Assembly (NCBI GenBank): GCA_000004985.1
Contig: GG738882.1
Length of the DNA stretch: 64,000 nt
DNA from: Naegleria gruberi
Lineage: Eukaryota
Reading direction: 5' to 3' (one strand)
Shown: positions 33,271-45,003 of the stretch, one piece after another
Layout: every line of letters starts with the position of its first letter
Position numbering within the stretch: position 1 is the first letter of the stretch
Notes under the pieces: generated by a model
What the model was told of the DNA's origin: nothing
Seen by the model: the letters and a program-made list of their open reading frames with translations, nothing else
Database searches by the model: none
Program-made: the position numbers and the translations under genes

Positions 33271-35725
33271 TTATATTGAACTATTGGAAGAAGAAGAGGA
33301 AGATATGCTGATGGAAATATCCACTGGTGTGACTGGGAAATTATCAGAATCTTCAGTAGGTTCTTCATATTGGAGCATGAATCTAACAAATGTGTCCTTC
33401 AAGATCATATTGGTTACAACCTTTTGAAGATCATCCAGCAAGTCAACTTGGCCAAAACCTTCGATAATTCTTTTAACTATGACTTCTCGTTCCTGCTTTG
33501 AAATATTCAAAGGGGTAGGTGAGTCTTCCTTCAAATATTGGGCAATAATTTCATTTTGCTTTTTAGATCTTTCCGAGGTTCTCTTGATATTCTTATACTT
33601 GAGCACATCTTCCAAAAAGTTGAAATTCTCAGCAGAAAATTCACTTTCACAGAATTGCTTAATGAAAAGCTTGTTAAATAATTCAAGAATAACTTACTCT
33701 AAATAATTCCTTTGAACTCTTTTTTGACATTATCTTTTCAAATTCGAAAGATTGAATGGTTTCCTGTTGCTGTTTGATACTGGCCATTAATTCATGTTGC
33801 TCTTTCATATTTCTTGCAACAATTACATAGACTTCAATCATTTCTTCATTCTGAATGATGGTTACTCTGGTAGATGATAATGAAACAGGAAGTTTGTTAC
33901 CAAGGGCTGTAGACAATAATGCATCCTTTCTCGAATTGGTATTATACGAAAGAGATTCAAATAAGCCAAGAAATTGATCCGTCTCAGCAGCAAGATCACT
34001 AACAAGTAAATAATTTGAAATTGCCAAGGTATTCTTCTTGAGAATTTTCGTTTCAAATATAGTATTGAAGGTGGCAATTTCTCCATTTTTACAATCCACA
34101 GTAAAGATGAAATCAGAGATGGCATTCATGATTACTCTTGCATGCTGTTCAGAAAGGGATGTTTTCTCTAGTAACTCTTGAATTCTTTCATTCTCAGATA
34201 CAATGACTGTTTGGGATTCGTCCAATGTTTCCAACATGTTATTAACATCATCAGTCAATAATCCCAGCTCATCCTTACCCATACACTTGACTCTCTTTTT
34301 GAAATTATTGCTAATGGTGATTTCTCTAACTGATTTGGCAAAATTCATCACTCTCTTAATAACAACAACCTCCAAAAAGACCATTATTGCAAATGAGAGC
34401 AGTAAAATCATTGCTGTCATTACTGCCCAAGTAATGATGAAAGAATTGGTTCCCAAAACAAATACTCTTCTTGCAAAGTCTGTTCTAATGATAATACTGT
34501 CATTTCGTGAAATGTCATAATATTTCTGAAATGTTGCCATTCTAGATCCATAAGCATTTCCATCATCTTCAATATCTGCACAATATCTATTCTCGGTTAT
34601 AGGATAAAGATTATTTTGTTGATCAACAAAAAGTGGTTGATTGAGCTGAGCCATATTGTCTTTCCATTTTGTTACTGAACTTGAACCATTGATTAGTGTT
34701 GTTTTCCAATCCCCAACTCTTTCAGTTAAATAAGTATTGATCCATTCGTGATTTTGTTTGAAAATGTATGAGCTGCTCTCTGGAGCACTTTCTCCACTAA
34801 GAGCAATTGCTAACAAATACCTATGTCTCCAATATTCCATATTAAAGAGGGTAATACAGAGTTGAACTCTATTTGCCATATCTTGCTTGTACTCTGCAAG
34901 ATCAAATCTAGCAAACACAATCAGGCCATATGTTTTTGTATTGTAATCATAATTATCCTGTATTGGCATGCCACTCATAAGAATAATATATGAAAGCAGC
35001 TCTGTTTCTGTCATGTTGGCCATTATAGCTTGCTTCTTTTCATATGAGTTCACTAAATTTGGTAAATCTTTAAATGGAGAGAAGAAGCCGACATGTCTTG
35101 TTGAAGGTACATCAACATTCCTCAATAAACGAGCTCCTAGTTCATTTCTCGACAAATCATTGAACTCTTCTGGTAGATTATCCAAACTTATTCCCCTAAA
35201 ACATGCTCTAAAAGCGAGCAAAGTTCCATCCTTCTTATATAATATTGCAAAATTCAATTTGGAAGCCAGTTGATAATTACAATTCAAATAAGTATCCATA
35301 TATTTCTCAGTAAATGATGAGTTTGTAGCCATAACAGCATCAACAGTATCATTAAATGCTCCATATTCGCTAAGCTTTGATGTCAATGACTGAAAATCAT
35401 CAAAATAGGCCCTTGTAGTTCTCTTTGCAGCTTCTACAGAATAAGTCTGCTCAACCGAATTAAACGAAAGTAAAAAGGCAGTCACCAACACAGCCAAACA
35501 AATAGCCATCAATAACAGAAATAACACTCCAAGCACTGTCATTGTTTTAAATCTAATACTACTCAATAAAACAACATCTCTCCTATTGGATTTTAAATTC
35601 AAAGTAGATGGTGGTCTCAACTTGACAATTCGAGGACCTGTTTCCTTAGATCGTTTCATATGATATTCTCTGTAGGCTTTGTCATCTTGCCAGGGAGACT
35701 CTGAAGGAGATTGTGATTGATACAT
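33271..35725 (-). CDS. receptor-like RGS protein: TM - large extracytoplasmic domain - TM - HAMP - PAS-like - RGS; 2 exons with a 40-nt intron inside the RGS box
   Basis: Exons 33698..35725 and 33271..33657. TM1 TVLGVLFLLLMAICLAVLVTAFLL, TM2 FIITWAVMTAMILLLSFAIMVFLEVVVI. HAMP match RVMNFAKSVREITISNNFKKRVKCMGKDELGLLTDDVNNMLETL. RGS box SFEFEKIMSKKSSKELFR|QFCESEFSAENFNFLEDVLKYK. Confidence 0.7.
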
Positions 35726-36326
35726 TTTCTTTAATTATTATGTAATTTACTATCTCGCTTGCTGATGGCATCGGAAAACATCAAACTCTATCATTTCGAA
35801 TGTACACTTGTTTCATGATTAATACAATTCAATATAAACAACAATATTTGTACAATATTAATATTAATATTGATGAAATTCTGTTTGTTTTCATCAATTA
35901 ATTAAATTCTCAGAGAACATTTTTTTTCTAATTTTCAAATCAAATCACCTCTGATCTATTTAAATACTATGTGATTATTGCTATTGTATCAATTCAAAGT
36001 CTCTAATAAGAGAAAGCTCACCTTAGAGGGAATTTTAAATTTTTATATTTTTTTCAAATTTAAAAAAAAGATCATCACGAGAAAATTCTTCAAACCTTTT
36101 TGATTGTTTTTGGTTTTCTACAAAGCTCAAAATTGGATTCATCATCAGAGTATAATTGCTATTGGGCGAGAATATATTTTATGCTTGGTTGTGTGATTTA
36201 TTGGTAAAATTCATCATCCCGAACATTAAAATAGAACGTTGAAAATTATAAATATAATAACATCAATCATCACGATAATAATATCTATTTAAAAAGTACG
36301 ACAATAATATCAACAAAAATCAAAGA

Positions 36327-37925
36327 ATGGACCACGGAATTGTTCTTAATTTTGAACAGGAAAGAGAGCAATTGGAATCGTCTTTTGGATCCTTTCGTCC
36401 AAAGCGTTATCATACTCTCCGAAAGGAATTGAAACTGCAAAGTAGAAGCAAACGTAAACCTAATACACCATCATCTGAATTTTCCATGAAAAAACAATCA
36501 ACCTACTTGGAGTGGAGAAAGTTTTTATTAGAACAAAAAGGGCAAACTTTTGCTTTTGTACAACATAATCCTTCTATGAAATTATCACCACAAGATACCC
36601 TGATGGTATTTGAAGCAAAGAAACAACAAGATCAAATGAAACCACCACAGTTTTTATTCCTCTCGGGTGGAACGACAAATCTTGGAGATAAGAAACATAA
36701 GAGAACACAAAGTAATAGACTCTCAGATGGTGGATCTTCCTATCAGGATCACTTGGATTCTTCTCAAATTTTAAATACAGGAGACGATACTGGATCAGAG
36801 GATAATGTAGATACTGCCGACACTATTAGTCAAACTGCTCCACGAACTAAATTATCTGAAGTTTATGAATTTGTCGGAATGCACCACATTTTCGAAGTCG
36901 GAAATGGATATGACGGAGTGGAAGTCACTTCAATCAAGTTTGCCAATGATAATAATGATTTGTTAGCTTTTGGTGCAACAGATGGTTGCATTTATATTGC
37001 TACAGCATGGAAAAAACCAGAAATTATACACAAATTGAAAGGGCACAAGGATGCCATCCTAGATTTTGACTGGTCACTGAGTAACGAGTACATTCTCAGT
37101 GTTTCTAAAGATTCAACAATTAGAATATGGAACACCACTACTGGTGCTTGTATTAGAATTCTTGATAAGCAGGGAACGGTTAGGGCAGTGAAATTCTTCC
37201 CAAGAAATCCAAACTTTTTCTGTGTAGGTTTTGAAGGAGGACTTGTTGGTTTATACAATCTGAGTACTGGTAAATTAGTGGAAAAACTCAAAATTAACAA
37301 ATTATCGATGGGAATGGGTAGTTTTGTCAATATTAACATGTCACTAGGAGGAAGTAATCATGTTACTTCTGTTTTTTTCTCTACACAGGGAGATCAAATA
37401 TTTATTGGAGATGTGACTGGTTTCTTGTGGATTTATGAGTTTGATATTAACAAACTCTGTTTTGGTAAATTAGTACAGAAAATTAAGGTATCACTCAATG
37501 GAAAAGCCATCACTTCTATTGATTATCAATTGTGGACTGGAAATTCTTCTAAAGTTAATCCTAGACTCTTGGTGAGTGCTATGGATAGTTATGTTCACCT
37601 CTTCCAATATAGCCAAACATCTGCAAAATTTGTAGAATCGATAAGATTCCCAGTCTCTCAAAAGAATCACAGTGTAAAGAGTCACTTTTGTCCTCTTGTT
37701 TCATTCATGGCCAGTTCATGCTTTGTGACAGGAAGTGAATCGACGGAAATTCTTTTCTATTCTACCAAGTTTGGAGCTTCAAATGCAATTAACAGATTAA
37801 TGGGTCACGCCTCTCCAGTTCTGGACGTCTCGTGGTCATATGATGAAACATTATTGGCCAGTTGTGACATGTCTGGTGTGGTAATACTTTGGAAGAGAAG
37901 ACCTTTGGAAGATAAGGATGTATAA
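36327..37925 (+). CDS. WD40-repeat protein (532 aa)
   Basis: Multiple WD-like repeats (ILSVSKDSTIRIWN; LASCDMSGVVILWK). Basic, Ser-rich N-terminal region. Confidence 0.7.
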   Translation: MDHGIVLNFEQEREQLESSFGSFRPKRYHTLRKELKLQSRSKRKPNTPSSEFSMKKQSTYLEWRKFLLEQKGQTFAFVQHNPSMKLSPQDTLMVFEAKKQQDQMKPPQFLFLSGGTTNLGDKKHKRTQSNRLSDGGSSYQDHLDSSQILNTGDDTGSEDNVDTADTISQTAPRTKLSEVYEFVGMHHIFEVGNGYDGVEVTSIKFANDNNDLLAFGATDGCIYIATAWKKPEIIHKLKGHKDAILDFDWSLSNEYILSVSKDSTIRIWNTTTGACIRILDKQGTVRAVKFFPRNPNFFCVGFEGGLVGLYNLSTGKLVEKLKINKLSMGMGSFVNINMSLGGSNHVTSVFFSTQGDQIFIGDVTGFLWIYEFDINKLCFGKLVQKIKVSLNGKAITSIDYQLWTGNSSKVNPRLLVSAMDSYVHLFQYSQTSAKFVESIRFPVSQKNHSVKSHFCPLVSFMASSCFVTGSESTEILFYSTKFGASNAINRLMGHASPVLDVSWSYDETLLASCDMSGVVILWKRRPLEDKDV

Positions 37926-38061
37926 ATTGTTAAATAAATTTAAATTGAATTCTACTCTGATTCAAAAACTAAAACTAGATTCAAGACCTTGGAATAAATT
38001 AATGTTCATTTTGTTATGTTTTAAACCTTGGAATAAATTAATTTTTATTTACATTCACTAA

Positions 38062-40687
38062 TTAATCAGTACCAACTAGTTGTCTTTCCACTACTTGTTT
38101 GTAAAGACCTCCCTTTTGAAGCAGATTGAAATGCTCTCCTTGTTCCACAACTGAACCTTCCTCAATGACACAAACCTTATTGGCCTTTATCACTGTGGCA
38201 AGTTTGTGAGCTATAACGATAACAGTCCTTCCATTCATTAATGAATTGAGAGCTTGTTGAACTTGGCTGTCATATTGTACTTCTAAAGAATGAGAATATT
38301 CGTCCAAAATTAAAATCTTCGGATCCTTCAAAAGGATTCTAGCAATGGCGATTCTTTGACGTTCAGAGGCAGAAAGTCTGACTCCTCTTTCTCCAATAAT
38401 AGTATCATATCCATCTTTGAAATTAGAAATAAATTCATGAACGTTTGCCTTCTTGGATGCTTCCATAACTTGCTCGTCTGTTGGAGCTTCATCACCAGTC
38501 CATCCGTAACAAATATTTTCACGAATTGAGGCACTAAACATGGCAGGATCCTGAGTAAGGAGACCAATGTTCTTTCTCAACCAAACAGGATCAATTTGAG
38601 TAAGTGGAACACCATCCAATGTAATTTGTCCATCATTTGGATCATAGAATCTTTGTAAGAGTGAGACAATGGTGGTCTTTCCTTGTCCTGGTCTACCAAC
38701 CAAAGCCAAAATACTTGATGGTGACATTTCAAGGTTAATCTTATTGAGTACTGAGTGTTCGGTTCTTGAAGGATAGGCAAATGAAACATCGTGCAAAACA
38801 ATGTGACCATTCAATTTTGGAAGTTCTCTAGTATCGGATTCCATAACGTTTGGATTACGTCTTTCAATGGCTGGAATACGTTGAAGTAAGTTGTAAACTC
38901 TAACAGTAGCCTCCAAAGCTCTAAACAATTCAACCAGCAATCCACTCAAGACACCAAAGCTGGCAGCAACCAACAAGGTATACATGATGAAACTAATAAG
39001 AGATCCAACAGTTATTTCACCATCCACAACAAGTCTTCCACCAAACCACAAAACGAGAATAATACTAGCATTACCAGCAAACATCATACCACCTGAAAAG
39101 ATACCATTAGCAAATGAGAATTTTCTTGCCAATGAGAGAGTCAAATCAATAGCAGCACTGTACAAGCTAATATGCTTGGTTTCCTTTGCAAAACTACGAA
39201 CAGTTCTCAAATTGGAGAAGGACTCTTCAGCAACATCAGTTGAATTGGCCAAAGCATCTTGTGTTCTCCTTGTGATATTCTTAATATATTTGGCATAAAT
39301 TAAAGAAATAAAAACGAGTGGAGGTATGACAGCAAGCATGATCAGAGTCAATTTCCAAGATATTATCAATAGGAAAACAATTCCACCAATTAATTGAGCC
39401 ACATAACGTAAAAACATTGAAAGATTCACTGTAACGGCATTTTCCAATGATTTTGTATCTGAACTCAATCTATTCAACAATTCTCCAGTTTTAGTGATAT
39501 CAAAAAATCCAACTTCTTGAACAATGATGGAATTGAAAAGATCCTTTCTGAGACGGGCAACAGCACGTTCTCCAGCATATGTAAAACTATTATATTTGTA
39601 AAATATATAAATGAAATTGATTAGAAGAAACATACCAAAAGTTTCTCAATGCAGTTGTAAGGCCAATACCAGCCACAACACCTAGTATAATGAGAGCCAT
39701 TTGATTAATATATTCCTTTCCTGTAGTTCCTGCAGGGATGGTATTAATAATCTCGCCAACATAAATTGGTAGGAATAGGCTCAAACCAGTACTAACAATC
39801 AAAAATATAATTCCGAAAAAGACGAGTGGTGTTTGTCTAAATCCTAATTTCATCAACCACATAAATTGAGTAAAACTAATTCTTGGAAAGCTCTTGAAGA
39901 GTTTAGCAATGCCAGTAGCACTAACTGGATTTTCATCTATAGCATTTGGCTTTAAATAATCATTATACGTATCATCAATATGGTTATCGTAGTATAACAA
40001 TTCTCGATCGTAATCATCCTCCATGGAAATTTTGGTAGTGTTTGTAATTTCAACTTCAACATCATCACCATCTTCGAGGTTAACATTTTTCATTTCCTTG
40101 TGTTCATTGTGATTTGTTAATTTGACTTTACGATGTTCATCATAGTCTTTTTCATTTTCCTCTTCTTCCTCGCTCAGTGATGGTTCATGATGATGGTTCA
40201 GGTCAGAACCGAGACTATTACTACTGGAAGTAGTATTAGCATTTCCATTTGTAGAAGTCAGGGAACCCTTAGAGACCAGAATTTGCTTTCTCTTCGGGAG
40301 TGGTGGAGTTTCCAAATCTTGAGCCTCTTCTTCCTTATTAACATTTCCAAAACGAACACGTAACTTGGATCTATCATCTTTAAAAGCAGGTGTATTTTCT
40401 ATTGGTTCTTCATCATCCGAATCATTATTCTTCTTTGGTGTTATTGTCGAATCAACATCATGAGCAGCAGCCGTTGTTGATGGTGATGATGATTTCGATC
40501 CGTTAATTGTAGGTGATTTTTCCTTCTTTGTATGATGAGAGTCTTCATCTTGTTCTTCTTCATGATGATGATGATGCGAGGAAGAAAGTACAATATCATC
40601 CAACTCTTCCTCTAAATCTTCGTCTTCCTCATCTTCCAAAAGTCTCGATTGAGAACGCGTTTTTAACGAGCCAAGTAGTGATGGCAT
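38062..40687 (-). CDS. ABC transporter, B-family half transporter (TMD-NBD) with long acidic/His-rich N-terminal extension; 2 exons
   Basis: Exons 39636..40687 and 38062..39586, with a 49-nt intron and GTATGT donor. Walker A GRPGQGKTT, ABC signature LSASERQRIAIAR, Walker B ILILDE. Six TM helices precede the NBD. Confidence 0.85.
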
Positions 40688-40994
40688 TTTTTTAAAGTTT
40701 TTTTTATTTTTTTTAACGTTCGCAAAATTTGTTCTGATGAGAGAAGTGATGGAAACATTTATGGAAAATTGAACAATCTGGAAGGTGATGTTGTTATGGA
40801 AGTATAGTTGTTGGAAGAGGACTGGAAGATATTTGATATTTTGAATGGCTCTAAACAGTTTTTGTTGAACGATTGTTTTGCTTGTTGTTGTCCAGATGAT
40901 AATCTATTCACTTTAAATGGAATACGATTTTTAATAAGTTAGTATAGGTTCAATGGTTGTTGTACATTTTCAAAAAGGGATAATATCTCAATAT

Positions 40995-41594
40995 TTACAA
41001 ATTCTTCTTCTTTTTGTTTTCTTCAATCTTGGCATCAACATCGTGTAAATCAAAGATGGAATAGAGTTCAATATTTTCAAAAGTTGGATCGGCAAGTTTT
41101 TGCTTTTCATCTGGAAGTGATAATCTATCCTTACTTCTATCAACCAAATAGAGAGCTGCCTTAACTTCAATATTATAATCTTCCTTTAGCATTTTGATAC
41201 CATCCAAAAGTGAAGAACCTGTTGAGAGAGCATCATCAACCCAGACAGCATGTAAAAGTGGTGAATCTGGTTTTCTTTCAGTGAATTTTTGTTCACCTTC
41301 TAATTGTTGACAAGTACCAGTTGACTTTCTATTCTTTCTAATATACAAAAAATCATAAGCTTCATAAACTGTTTTAGATCCTTGTTTTTCATGAAGAGTT
41401 GATGCATAGGCTGCAAATTGACTCACTAACATTCCTCCAGCCAATTCCATACCAACCAATACGAGAGGTTGTTCGGAGAGATTCTGTTGTGATGGAGGTA
41501 AATTTTCAGCTTGCAATGATGGTAAGGTTTGTTGAATATGAACCAAGTAATGTCCCATAATTTCCACAATTTTAGGAGCAACTCTCTTATCCAT
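40995..41594 (-). CDS. type I phosphoribosyltransferase-domain protein (OPRTase-like)
   Basis: PRPP-binding motif AVWVDDALSTGSSL and the upstream VLVGMELAGG segment typical of OPRT-like PRTases. Confidence 0.55.
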   Translation of the reverse strand: MDKRVAPKIVEIMGHYLVHIQQTLPSLQAENLPPSQQNLSEQPLVLVGMELAGGMLVSQFAAYASTLHEKQGSKTVYEAYDFLYIRKNRKSTGTCQQLEGEQKFTERKPDSPLLHAVWVDDALSTGSSLLDGIKMLKEDYNIEVKAALYLVDRSKDRLSLPDEKQKLADPTFENIELYSIFDLHDVDAKIEENKKKKNL

Positions 41595-41776
41595 AAAATT
41601 TGTACTAGCATTGAGATAATCTATTAGAATTCATAAGTCCATATTTTCCCATTATTATGATAGCAATAATTTCCATTCAATTAATTAATCCACATTCCGA
41701 TGATGAAAAAATTTGATCAAGTTAAAAATAGATTAATTCCAATATTGGATCAGAATTGAGTAAACAATGATCGAAT

Positions 41777-41983
41777 TCATTTAGAATAAATGATTTTAAA
41801 AAACCTACAAGGCAATTCAATTCCACTAGTAGCCTTGAAAGGTCCCATCTTTACATTTCTCACAACTCCATTCAATACTTCATCATACAATTCACCACAA
41901 GCTTCCACTCCACTTGAGAGTGATTCCAAGCTTAATTTAGTGGATTGTTTGGCTTTTTCAAGGAGGGAAAGGTGTGCTGGCAT
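41777..41983 (-). CDS. small ORF (68 aa), hypothetical; may have a 3' splice
   Basis: ATG ORF with coding-like composition. Has a possible GTAGGT donor near its 3' end. Not assignable to a family. Confidence 0.25.
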   Translation of the reverse strand: MPAHLSLLEKAKQSTKLSLESLSSGVEACGELYDEVLNGVVRNVKMGPFKATSGIELPCRFFKIIYSK

Positions 41984-42409
41984 TTTTTAATTGTTGTTTT
42001 GATTAATGGAAGTTCACTGTTTTGCTGATTCTGAAAAGCCACTTTACTGAGAATTGGGTGAGAATTCCATGAATTATTGTCCATTGTTATGTCGCTAAAT
42101 ATAGCTTGACTACAGTAGTTGCACCTTCCGAAAGTTGGGAATTATCAAATGAGAAAGGATAATAAGGAAGGATTGAGGATAATTTGATGGAGTAATTCAA
42201 TTTGTGCAACATTTCTTAATCATCACTTGAAACCTGGTTTTTTTGCTGGTTAACAACTGCAAAACAAACCTTGTTACATGTTCAAACATTATTAGAAGTA
42301 TGTACAATATTCAATATACAAGGTGAACTTGATGATTTGTTTCTCAACACAAAATCCTTTTCCGAAGCTAAAAATAAAACATCGGTTACCTTTTTAAACC
42401 ATGTTGTAA

Positions 42410-43156
<747 letters not shown>

Positions 43157-43353
43157 AATAAATTGAACTATTTGTAAAATCAGTAACAAGTTAATCCTTT
43201 AGCTCCATAATTTTGTACTTCACTCATGTTTGCAAAAATGGTTGCATTGAGGAATCTTCAAATGCTTTGACGATATTGATGGAAAGTTACTCGATAATAA
43301 ACAGAATCATTAAAAATAAGTAATAAACTATTTCAGGCGTTTCGATAATAAAA

Positions 43354-43545
43354 ATAGAAAGCAAAAATTTCAATCACCAATGAAATAGCCTTAATTCCTC
43401 TATATAGAGGTACTAACTCTCGTGTCATTAAAAATGAAATAATTTAAAATGACAGGGGGCGAGGGGGAATCGAACCCCCGGCCACAGCTTTGGAGGCTGC
43501 GATGTTACCATTACACCACCGCCCCTGTACATTAAATAATGAAAA
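43354..43545. repeat. left arm of an inverted repeat containing tRNA-Trp plus flanks
   Basis: Reverse complement matches 44766..44972. The tRNA is 71/71 identical, as are about 20 bp 5' and 26 bp 3'. A further ~45-bp 3' block is about 85% identical. Confidence 0.7.
43455..43525 (-). tRNA. tRNA-Trp (anticodon CCA)
   Basis: Reverse complement identical to the + copy at 44787..44857. Acceptor GGGGCGG/TCGCCCC, anticodon loop CTCCAAA, T-arm GGGGGTTCGATTCCCCC. Confidence 0.85.
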
Positions 43546-43693
43546 TAAAATTGCTAGTATGATGTAAGCATGACTCACTAGTAGCAAGAAAACTTTATAA
43601 TTTGAAATAACGAGTTTATTAAATTACGGCAGTAATTGAGAATGTTTTGAAGAGTAAGTATTTTTCTTTTGATTAGCATGTGAATTCAATCTT

Positions 43694-44458
43694 TCAATTC
43701 ATTTCTCTTGCTTCCTTTCTAATTATTTCACTTTCATTCTTTAATAATTCTCCTACAAATTCAAGTGAAGATTCATCTTTTTTAACAGCTTGTAAAACTA
43801 TTTCTCTGTCGTTTCTTAAATTTTCAGAAGCATACTGAAGTGCTGATCCATGTTGTTTGACAGCTGTCAAGACAATTTCTCTATCATTTTGAAGTTCTTC
43901 TGAAGCATTCTTAAGAGTATCACCATGTTGTTTTACAGATGTCAATACAATTTCTCTGTCGTTTGTTAATTCTTTTGAAGCAAAGTGAATTTCATATCCA
44001 TGATGTTGGACAGCTGTCAACATTATTTCTCTGTCATTTCTCAATTCCTCAGATGCATATTGAACTGCATATCCATCCCGTCTTATAGCTGTCAAGATAA
44101 TCTCTCTATCATTTCTCAATGCATGATCAGTGACAAATTTAAGTGCATGAGCATGTGATTTGACAGCATGTAGAACTATCTCTCTATCACTTTTAAACTG
44201 TTCAGGAAGAAATTTGAGTGAAAGTCCTTCGTTCTTGACAATTGCCAATGCTACTTCTCTATCGTTACGTAATTCCTCAGAGGCACTTTCAAGTACTCTA
44301 TATCCGCAGACTTCAGCAATCCTTTTGACAACTGGCTTGTAGTTCCATAATTTTAACCTATCGGCAGTCTCTACCAATTGCTCCTCGTCATCACATTGTA
44401 AAAGATTTTGAATTATATCATCGTTGGTGGTGTCAATTTCTGTCTCTTGTCTATTCAT
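43694..44458 (-). CDS. DUF4116-like tandem-repeat protein (about 8 x 24-aa LRNDREIVLTAVKQHG.ALQYASEE units)
   Basis: 254-aa ATG ORF dominated by repeats such as ASEELRNDREIMLTAVQHHGYEIHFASKELTNDREIVLTSVKQHG. The pattern matches my recollection of the Pfam DUF4116 repeat. Sits between the two inverted tRNA-Trp genes. Confidence 0.6.
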   Translation of the reverse strand: MNRQETEIDTTNDDIIQNLLQCDDEEQLVETADRLKLWNYKPVVKRIAEVCGYRVLESASEELRNDREVALAIVKNEGLSLKFLPEQFKSDREIVLHAVKSHAHALKFVTDHALRNDREIILTAIRRDGYAVQYASEELRNDREIMLTAVQHHGYEIHFASKELTNDREIVLTSVKQHGDTLKNASEELQNDREIVLTAVKQHGSALQYASENLRNDREIVLQAVKKDESSLEFVGELLKNESEIIRKEAREMN

Positions 44459-44765
44459 TTTTTTTTTAATTACTAATACTAAGCAACAACTCGATTTTAA
44501 GAGTTTAAATCGAAAGAGTTTGCAGAGTTTCGAATTGTTAGAGTAGAATTTCTAAAGACAGACATGGGTATTCGTGGTGAAATTGATAATGTTAAATCTT
44601 TACACACGATGTTACTATTTTAATCCGCGGCTAAATGGATAAGAGGTAACAAGGTAAGGATAAGAACATAAGATGTAACCTTGTGATTTTTTATTGGTGA
44701 TTGTTGGAAAAATCCAATTTACAATAACGAATATAATTACCAAAAGGTAGCTCTACCCATTGTAG

Positions 44766-44972
44766 TTTTTCATTAATTAATGTACAGGGGCGGTGGTGTA
44801 ATGGTAACATCGCAGCCTCCAAAGCTGTGGCCGGGGGTTCGATTCCCCCTCGCCCCCTGTCATTTTAAATTATTTCATTTTTATTTAAATAATTTTTTTT
44901 AATGACACTGAAATAGTTCATTACTACTCTATTAAGGCAATTTCATTAGTGATTGAATCATTTTGCTTTCTA
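44766..44972. repeat. right arm of the inverted repeat (tRNA-Trp plus flanks)
   Basis: See left arm. Has a 17-bp insertion (TTTAAATAATTTTTTTT) relative to the left arm, then shared AATGACAC and a conserved ATTAAGGC.ATTTCATT.GTGATTGAA block. Confidence 0.7.
44787..44857 (+). tRNA. tRNA-Trp (anticodon CCA)
   Basis: GGGGCGGTGGTGTAATGGTAACATCGCAGCCTCCAAAGCTGTGGCCGGGGGTTCGATTCCCCCTCGCCCCC. Canonical cloverleaf with a 4-nt variable loop. Confidence 0.85.
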
Positions 44973-45003
44973 ATAATCTTGGTGTATTGCAATAGACGAT
45001 GGT

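Noticed and set aside
33655-33697. 28-nt intron (GTAAGT...AACAAG) as the RGS-gene splice
   Set aside because: Frame-compatible but shorter than any other intron here. The 40-nt acceptor 12 nt further 3' gives a better RGS consensus (ELFR|QFCESEFSAENF).
43354-44972. DNA transposon / MITE interpretation of the inverted tRNA-Trp arms
   Set aside because: No transposase or integrase ORF and no target-site duplication visible. The internal gene is a repeat protein. More parsimonious as an inverted duplication of a tRNA locus.
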